Origin: Anaeroplasmataceae bacterium | Lineage (GTDB): Bacteria; Bacillota_I; Bacilli_A; Acholeplasmatales; Anaeroplasmataceae | Direction: 5' to 3' | Assembly: GCA_051874255.1 (NCBI GenBank) | Contig: JBJEFR010000113.1 | Coordinates: 421-64,420, forward strand | Length of the DNA stretch: 64,000 nt | Shown here: positions 57,947 to 64,000 of the stretch, in pieces | How positions within the stretch are numbered: the first letter of the stretch is position 1 | Layout of the letters: each line of letters begins with the position of its first letter | The notes under the pieces: generated by a model | Seen by the model: the letters and a program-made list of their open reading frames with translations, nothing else | Told to the model about the DNA's origin: nothing | The model's database searches: none | Position numbers and translations under genes: made by a program

Positions 57947-58780
57947 TTATCTATCATTTCTTCTACGAACAATTAGTTTGTTTGTAGACTTCTTATGTTT
58001 TCTAGTCTTAAGACCAAGAGCAGGTTTACCCCAAGGTGTAACTGGATTTGAACGTCCAATTGGACATTTTCCTTCTCCTCCTCCATGAGGGTGGTCATTA
58101 GGGTTCATAACTGAACCACGTACTTCAGGACGAAGTCCCATATGACGAGCTCTACCAGCTTTACCGATCTTAACTAATTCATGCTCAGCGTTTCCAACAA
58201 CACCGATAGTTGCTTTACAAGTTCCTAATACCTTACGAACCTCTCCACTACATAATCTAATTAAAACGTATTTTTCTTCACGTCCTAAGATTTGTGCAGA
58301 TGTACCAGCACTACGTGCCATTTGTCCACCCTTTCCAGGATGTAACTCAATATTGTGAATTACTGTACCAACTGGGATTAATGCGATAGGTAATGCATTA
58401 CCAACCTTAATATCAACGTTGCTTCCAGAAACAATCTCTTGACCAACTGTTAATCCTTCTGGTGCAATAATATATCTCTTTTCACCGTCAGCATAAACAA
58501 CTAATGCAATGTTTGCACTTCTGTTAGGATCGTACTCGATAGTTGCTACGCGTCCTACTATATCGTCTTTATTTCTCTTGAAATCAATAATACGATATTT
58601 TCTCTTAACTGCTCCACCTTTATGGCGAACAGTAATCTTTCCACTATTATTACGTCCTGCATTCTTTTTAACAGGTGCTAATAATGACTTCTCAGGAGTG
58701 CTAGTTGTAATTTCATCAAATGTTAAAACTGACATGTTACGTCTACCATTTGTGGTAGGCTTATATGTTCTAACTGCCAT
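57947..58780 (-). CDS. rplB: 50S ribosomal protein uL2
   Basis: 277 aa with [13 protein letters not shown]. Confidence 0.97.
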   Translation of the reverse strand: MAVRTYKPTTNGRRNMSVLTFDEITTSTPEKSLLAPVKKNAGRNNSGKITVRHKGGAVKRKYRIIDFKRNKDDIVGRVATIEYDPNRSANIALVVYADGEKRYIIAPEGLTVGQEIVSGSNVDIKVGNALPIALIPVGTVIHNIELHPGKGGQMARSAGTSAQILGREEKYVLIRLCSGEVRKVLGTCKATIGVVGNAEHELVKIGKAGRARHMGLRPEVRGSVMNPNDHPHGGGEGKCPIGRSNPVTPWGKPALGLKTRKHKKSTNKLIVRRRNDR

Positions 58781-58818
58781 ATTATTTCAATCTCCTATAA
58801 TAATCTATATTTTTTTAA

Positions 58819-59109
58819 TTAGTCAATGCTAAATGCATCAATCTTTTGTCCATCAGCTACTTTACAGATTGCCTTCTTGTAAGCTGAAGTATATCCAGCA
58901 TACTTTCCAACTCTCTTAGCCTTTGGTAAAACGTTAATAGTTGCTACATCAAGAACCTTAACATTGAATAATTGCTCTACAGCATTCTTAATTTCAATCT
59001 TATTAGCTCTCTTATCAACCTTAAAAGTATACTTATTGTAAGTTTCCTTTAATGCCATTGTCTTCTCAGTGATGATTGGCTCTTTAATAATTTCATAAAT
59101 CTTTAACAT
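58819..59109 (-). CDS. rplW: 50S ribosomal protein uL23
   Basis: 96 aa with [10 protein letters not shown]...YTFKVD. Confidence 0.94.
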   Translation of the reverse strand: MLKIYEIIKEPIITEKTMALKETYNKYTFKVDKRANKIEIKNAVEQLFNVKVLDVATINVLPKAKRVGKYAGYTSAYKKAICKVADGQKIDAFSID

Positions 59110-59110
59110 A

Positions 59111-59734
59111 TTACTTCAAAGCCTCCTCAAAATAAGAAATAACTCCACTAGTAACAACTAGCTTATCATAACATAAAATGTCATATACTGAAGTATGCTC
59201 AACTGGGCATACGAATACGCTGCTTAAGTTTCTAGCGCTTAATGCAGTGTTTGCATCTAATTCATTTACTAAAACTAATGTCTTAGCATTTGCATTAATG
59301 TTGTTTAAGAACTCAATGAAGTTCTTAGTCTTGATTGTGTCGAACTTAATATCATCAACAGCAATCATCTTTTCATTTAATACTTTATAAGATAATGCAG
59401 ATTTTAAACCTAATTGTTTAACCTTCTTGTTAACCTTAACATCATACTTTCTTGGAGTAGGTCCAAATGCTTGACCTCCACCACGCCATTGAGGAGCACG
59501 AATAGATCCTTGACGAGCACGTCCTGTACCCTTTTGTCTCCAAGGCTTTCTTCCTCCACCGCTAACCTCAGTACGAGTCTTAACGTCATGAGTTCCTTGA
59601 CGCATTGCAGCTCTTTGAGCATTTACAACGTCATAAATAACTTGTTGATTAGGTTCAATCCCAAAGATATCATCTGATAAAGTAATATCTTTTACCTTTT
59701 TACCAGCTTGATTTAATAATGCGATTTTTGGCAT
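59111..59734 (-). CDS. rplD: 50S ribosomal protein uL4
   Basis: 207 aa with [19 protein letters not shown]. Confidence 0.97.
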   Translation of the reverse strand: MPKIALLNQAGKKVKDITLSDDIFGIEPNQQVIYDVVNAQRAAMRQGTHDVKTRTEVSGGGRKPWRQKGTGRARQGSIRAPQWRGGGQAFGPTPRKYDVKVNKKVKQLGLKSALSYKVLNEKMIAVDDIKFDTIKTKNFIEFLNNINANAKTLVLVNELDANTALSARNLSSVFVCPVEHTSVYDILCYDKLVVTSGVISYFEEALK

Positions 59735-59761
59735 AATAAATCTCCTTTCCTAATTCAAATA

Positions 59762-60409
59762 CTACTTAGCAGCCTTAACAGCTGTCTTAATTTCTACTAA
59801 ACCTTTTTTAGGTCCTGGAACATTACCCTTAATTAAAATTAAGTTTCTTTCTACATCAACCTTAGCGATTGTTAGATTTTGTAATGTTACAACTTCGCAT
59901 CCCATATGTCCAGGCATTTTCTTACCCTTCATATTTCCTTTGATTGGTCCCATTGAACCAACTTCTCTGTGTGATGCTGAAACACCGTGTGTCATTCTTT
60001 GTCTACGAGCATTGTAACGCTTGATTGTTCCGGCATATCCTTTACCTTTTGAAACTCCAGTAACGTCAACAATTTCTCCTTCTGTAAATATATCACACTT
60101 AACTTCTTGACCAACGTTATAAGATACTAAATCGTTTCCTCCATTAGCTTCTGAGAAACGAAATTCTCTTATGAAGCGCTTAGGAGCAGTACCAGCCTTA
60201 GCAACATGTCCCATTTCTGGTTTGTTAGCTAGACTTTCACGTTTGTCTTCATAACCAACTTGAACAGCTACATATCCGTCATTTTCAACAGTCTTTTGTT
60301 GAAGAACAACGTTTGGTGTACAGTCGATTACTGTTACAGGGATTAAATCACCTGCTGCATTGAAAATTTGAGTCATTCCCAATTTTCTACCTAAGATTCC
60401 CTTAGCCAT
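59762..60409 (-). CDS. rplC: 50S ribosomal protein uL3
   Basis: 215 aa with [16 protein letters not shown]. Confidence 0.97.
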   Translation of the reverse strand: MAKGILGRKLGMTQIFNAAGDLIPVTVIDCTPNVVLQQKTVENDGYVAVQVGYEDKRESLANKPEMGHVAKAGTAPKRFIREFRFSEANGGNDLVSYNVGQEVKCDIFTEGEIVDVTGVSKGKGYAGTIKRYNARRQRMTHGVSASHREVGSMGPIKGNMKGKKMPGHMGCEVVTLQNLTIAKVDVERNLILIKGNVPGPKKGLVEIKTAVKAAK

Positions 60410-60447
60410 GAGTTACACCTCTTTCTTAAAATTTAATAAATATTTTT

Positions 60448-60756
60448 TTACTTCTTTAAAGCAATATCAACACCACTAGGTAGTGCAATGTGCATTAAAG
60501 CTTCAATTGTTTGTGGATTTGGCTCCACAATCTCGATTAATCTCTTATGAGTTCTACGTTCGAATTGCTCACGAGAGTCCTTGTTTACGTGTGGAGAACG
60601 TAAGATTGTGAAAATCTCCTTCTCTGTTGGAAGAGGAATTGGTCCATTTACTGTAGAACCTGCCTTCTTTACACTTTCAACAATTTTCTTCGCAGCCTCA
60701 TCTAATAATCTGTGATCATAAGACTTTAAACGAATTCTAATTTTTTCTTTTGCCAT
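60448..60756 (-). CDS. rpsJ: 30S ribosomal protein uS10
   Basis: 102 aa with [14 protein letters not shown]. Confidence 0.97.
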   Translation of the reverse strand: MAKEKIRIRLKSYDHRLLDEAAKKIVESVKKAGSTVNGPIPLPTEKEIFTILRSPHVNKDSREQFERRTHKRLIEIVEPNPQTIEALMHIALPSGVDIALKK

Positions 60757-60890
60757 TTTTAATTACTCCTTTCGCCTATAATCCTTTATAGACTTGCTCC
60801 ATGGAAAAACCCTACACATCGACTGACAACGTATATCGGTGTATCGGCAACCTCCCACTTCACAGCCAACTCTTGACCTGAGTCTTTTCT

Positions 60891-60919
60891 ATTATATAAC
60901 AACTAATTTTTAAATGCAA
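60891..60919 (-). promoter_or_regulatory. Sigma-A type promoter of the S10 operon
   Basis: Minus strand reads TTGCAT - 17 nt - TATAAT, about 135 nt upstream of the rpsJ start. Confidence 0.7.
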
Positions 60920-60939
60920 TACCTAAATTTAAAAAAATT

Positions 60940-60971
60940 CAAAATAAAAAAATCACCAAATTTTTGGTGAT
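60940..60971 (-). terminator. Intrinsic terminator after the EI-like gene
   Basis: ATCACCA-aatttt-TGGTGAT (60952-60971) starts right after the stop and is followed on the minus strand by UUUUUUUAUUUUG. Confidence 0.8.
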
Positions 60972-60972
60972 T

Positions 60973-62481
60973 TTATTCCTCTATTTCTTCTAATAATGCC
61001 TGATTAATATTCTTTACAAAAGCAGGACTAACACTAAAATTTCTTATTCCAACTCTATATAACCTTTTTACTACTGCTTTAACACTTGCAAGCTCTCCAC
61101 AAATAGATAAATAAATATTATTCTCCTTACAATGCTTTGCTACTAATGATAATTTTATTAATAAATCTCTAATATAAGGAGCATAATTCATTCCCTCTTC
61201 CCTATTTACATGATATAAATCAGCTATTAAATCATTAGTACCAATTGAAATAAACTCAACATCTTTAAATTCATTAATACTATCAATTGCCTTCTTCGTT
61301 TCAAGCATCATTCCGATTTTTAATTCACTATTATCATTCATATTCCTTTTTATATTTAAAACCCAAGATTTTAAATATTGATATTCATCATAGGTTTCAA
61401 TCATAGGAAACATTATTTTTAAAGTATTATTTTTATTAGCAGCTATTAAAGCTCTTATTTGAGTTTCAAATATATCTTTATTATTTATATAATTATCTAT
61501 ACCTTTACTAAAGGTATTAATATAGCTTAATTTTTTATCATCGCCAATATCAAAGGTTCTTATAGTAATAGGCTTATTATCCATTAAAGCTACTGCCTCG
61601 CTATAAATCTTATATTGCTCCTCATAACTCATAGGTCTATCTAAATTCATAAATATAATTTCACTTCTATATAAGCCTATACCATCCATATTGTACTTAA
61701 GAGCCTTTTTTATATCATCATTACTACTAACATTAGCTAAAATATTTATACCAAATGAACTAAAGTCGTTAATTGTAAAAGAATCACTATATTTTTTTTC
61801 ATTATCATACTTATTAATAATATTCTCATCTGGATTTATAATTATCTCTTTACTTCTAGTATCGATAATAGCTTGTCCATCTATATTATCAAATGAACTC
61901 ACTAATACATAAGGTATTTCTCTTGACTTACATAAAATAGCACTATGTGATGTAAAGCCACCCTTTAAAGCAATTACTCCTACAATTTGTTCTTTATAGC
62001 TCATAAGAAGTGAAGGATACAATTCTTCAACTACTAATATAAATTTGCCTTCTATCTTTATATTATTCCTTTCATCAATATGCAATAATACTCTTCTTTT
62101 AATATCCTCCATATCAGCTACTCGTTCAAGTAAGTAAACACTTCTAGCCTCATTTATTTTATTTATAAAGCTATCAACAGCTTCTATAAATGCCTTTCTG
62201 GCTGTTTTTCCTTTTTTTATGTCATCACATACCATATTATTTAGCATAGGATCTAATATAAGAGCAATATGAATATCAATAAATTCTTTATCATTATCCT
62301 TAAGCTCATTCTTTAAATCATTAAGCTCATCAACTGATTTACTTATAGCATTATTAAATTTAAAAATTTCAGATTCTTCATCAATATAAATATCATCATT
62401 TATATTATTAGATAAATCTAAATATACTATTCTACCATAAGCTACTCCTTCACTTATAATATCATTAATTCTAATATTCAT
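60973..62481 (-). CDS. ptsI: PEP-utilising enzyme resembling PTS Enzyme I (short, divergent)
   Basis: Start moved to MNIRINDIISEGVAYG (AGGAAG RBS). Phospho-His segment GGFTSHSAILCKSREIPYV. TIM-barrel segments RTFDIGDDK and FISIGTNDL. No ptsH is adjacent. Confidence 0.6.
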   Translation of the reverse strand: MNIRINDIISEGVAYGRIVYLDLSNNINDDIYIDEESEIFKFNNAISKSVDELNDLKNELKDNDKEFIDIHIALILDPMLNNMVCDDIKKGKTARKAFIEAVDSFINKINEARSVYLLERVADMEDIKRRVLLHIDERNNIKIEGKFILVVEELYPSLLMSYKEQIVGVIALKGGFTSHSAILCKSREIPYVLVSSFDNIDGQAIIDTRSKEIIINPDENIINKYDNEKKYSDSFTINDFSSFGINILANVSSNDDIKKALKYNMDGIGLYRSEIIFMNLDRPMSYEEQYKIYSEAVALMDNKPITIRTFDIGDDKKLSYINTFSKGIDNYINNKDIFETQIRALIAANKNNTLKIMFPMIETYDEYQYLKSWVLNIKRNMNDNSELKIGMMLETKKAIDSINEFKDVEFISIGTNDLIADLYHVNREEGMNYAPYIRDLLIKLSLVAKHCKENNIYLSICGELASVKAVVKRLYRVGIRNFSVSPAFVKNINQALLEEIEE

Positions 62482-62488
62482 TAATACA

Positions 62489-63232
62489 TCACTTCCTATT
62501 TTGTGTTGTCTTATTAATTCCTGCACTTATAATAGTACATAATATAGCTAATAATAAAAAGCATGCAGAAATATAAAAAAACACTTGAGATACCTTACTT
62601 CTAATACTAGGTATAGTTGAAATAACAAAAGCTATTATAAAACATAAAATACATATAGAATATCCAATAAATGATGAAATTAAAAACTTTTTCTCTCTAA
62701 CAAAGATACTTCCTCTTGGCATTTCTATTCTTGATGAAATACTATCATATTCTAAATTAGCTTTAATAGCTTCCTTAACTTTTTCTTCCTGACATCTTGA
62801 AATAGCATTATATAATAAAAGCTTTCCTTCCTTTTTATTATTACCTTTATAGTTTAAATATGCTTTAAGCTTTCTATCATATAAATATACATTTACATAT
62901 ATATCAAGCACATTATCTTCAATATTAAGGATATTTAATATTTCATTATAATCATTATCAATTTGATCCTTATTTTCTATATATTTCTTAGCATTTTCAT
63001 TGTTTATATATACTAAATCCTCAACTAAATCCTCAACTGATGTCATATTTTTAAATATTAACAGCATTGAATCATTAGCTATTTTCATGGCTACATCTTT
63101 ACTACCTACAATACGTATGGCATTATAAAATAACAAATCAATATATTTATCATAAATAGAATTAAAGCATTCATTTATTTTAGTTCTGTTTCTAGTATTT
63201 AATGCTTCTATCAATTCTTTAGTTAGATTCAT
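62489..63232 (-). CDS. Hypothetical membrane protein: N-terminal helical domain faintly resembling sigma-70 region 2, plus two C-terminal TM helices
   Basis: 247 aa. The N-terminus is FNSIYDKYIDLLFYNAIRIVGSKDVAMKIANDSMLLIF. The C-terminus is FLISSFIGYSICILCFIIAFVI...VFFYISACFLLLAILCTIISA. Confidence 0.35.
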   Translation of the reverse strand: MNLTKELIEALNTRNRTKINECFNSIYDKYIDLLFYNAIRIVGSKDVAMKIANDSMLLIFKNMTSVEDLVEDLVYINNENAKKYIENKDQIDNDYNEILNILNIEDNVLDIYVNVYLYDRKLKAYLNYKGNNKKEGKLLLYNAISRCQEEKVKEAIKANLEYDSISSRIEMPRGSIFVREKKFLISSFIGYSICILCFIIAFVISTIPSIRSKVSQVFFYISACFLLLAILCTIISAGINKTTQNRK

Positions 63233-63307
63233 AAATAATAATCACCATTTATATTATACATCATATTCAATTAATAATAAAACAAAAGGATTACAAAACT
63301 GTAATCC

Positions 63308-64000
63308 TTAACTTAATATTTCCCACTTAGCATATAATGCTGTTTCCTTATATTGATATTCATCATCAATATATTCTTTAGATTCTACCTTATCAGTAGT
63401 AAAATCCCATTTATTTATACATTCACTTTCCTTATACCATCCTTTGAATGTATATCCTTCTCTTATTGGGTCTTCTGGTATATAGCTTATTAGCTCATTA
63501 TCATAATCATCTAAAAAATAATACCCTCCATTTGGTGAATCTTCATAGTTATAATAATAATTTACATTAGCATATCTTCTAACATTCCTATAGCTTTTTA
63601 ATTCCATATATTCCTTACACTTGTATGTATTTTGCTTTAGATTAACTATATATGAATCTTCTAAAGAATAATCTATTTCGTCTGGCATTTTAAAATAAAT
63701 CACTTTTAAAGCACGAGTTAAAAAAGGACCTATTATGTCTTGGTATTGAATATCAGCTGGAACATATACTACCTTACCATCAAAATTACCAATCTTGTCA
63801 AAATATGTATCATATCCTAATATTACTTTCTTTCCTTTATATGTTGATGGCATTAAAATTCGGTCCTTTTTTAATCCTTCCTCTGATAAATCAAATACAT
63901 AATATACATCTTCACTTGAAAGTCTATTAACTGCATATACAAAATCTCCATCTACTATTTCTTTTCTACAACTACATAGAAATGTAATAGGGAGGATTAA
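63308..64000 (-). CDS. Secreted or lipoprotein-like protein with a Listeria-Bacteroides repeat; 5' end runs off the window
   Basis: The frame stays open from the track's Met (63853) to position 64000, reading LILPITFLCSCRKEIVDGDF... like the end of a signal peptide. The C-terminus GYTFKGWYKESECINKWDFTTDKV...TALYAKW matches the Flg_new-type repeat. Confidence 0.5.
   Translation of the reverse strand, partial: LILPITFLCSCRKEIVDGDFVYAVNRLSSEDVYYVFDLSEEGLKKDRILMPSTYKGKKVILGYDTYFDKIGNFDGKVVYVPADIQYQDIIGPFLTRALKVIYFKMPDEIDYSLEDSYIVNLKQNTYKCKEYMELKSYRNVRRYANVNYYYNYEDSPNGGYYFLDDYDNELISYIPEDPIREGYTFKGWYKESECINKWDFTTDKVESKEYIDDEYQYKETALYAKWEILS

Noticed and set aside
51620-58832. Several plus-strand or alternate-frame ORFs within the ribosomal operon (51620-52000, 51702-51914, 52427-52645, 55093-55554, 57443-57682, 57615-57806, 57807-58088, 58509-58832; also 59178-59677)
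   Set aside because: All lie antisense to, or out of frame within, unambiguous ribosomal protein genes. They have no independent support.
1-64000. Alternative genetic code (UGA=Trp), considered because of the low GC content
   Set aside because: All conserved genes and the 11.5-kb ORF translate at full length under the standard bacterial code, and their ends match expected protein termini.

Overview
Visibly AT-rich chromosomal window of low-GC Gram-positive (Bacillota) type, with almost every gene on the minus strand. No tRNA, rRNA, CRISPR array, transposase or integrase was recognised.

Housekeeping backbone:
- 46.7-60.8 kb holds a complete S10-spc-alpha ribosomal superoperon, rpsJ to rplQ. 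It includes secY, adk, infA, rpoA and an rpmJ that the ORF track missed.
- This is followed by ecfA1-ecfA2-ecfT-truA, then tmk-holB-ricT(yaaT)-methyltransferase-rsmI, then metG.
- rplM-rpsI and a plus-strand radical-SAM pair sit at the left end.

Two accessory loci are wedged into this backbone, and together they look like a c-di-GMP-controlled TasA/camelysin-like fibre or matrix system.

Locus A (6.2-20.1 kb):
- An apparent 4-gene operon: a SipW-type signal peptidase, a membrane-anchored McrB/AAA_5-like ATPase, a 910-aa protein with a hyper-charged repeat tail, and a second SipW-type peptidase.
- Three TasA-like secreted proteins. Two of them are each preceded by a near-consensus sigma-A promoter, a c-di-GMP-I (GEMM-I) riboswitch-like leader and an intrinsic terminator.
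- A translationally coupled pair of GGDEF-EAL proteins. One has a canonical EAL domain; the other is degenerate in both domains.
- A separate GGEEF cyclase lies at 0.5-1.5 kb.

Locus B (22.2-39.2 kb):
- It sits between rsmI and metG.
- Three more TasA-like genes are followed by a 3849-aa GLUG-like-repeat giant surface protein and a 900-aa beta-helix/MBG-repeat protein with a C-terminal triple-TM anchor.

The most unusual element is the ATPase plus charged-tail partner bracketed by two SipW paralogs. This is not a described component of TasA/SipW systems.
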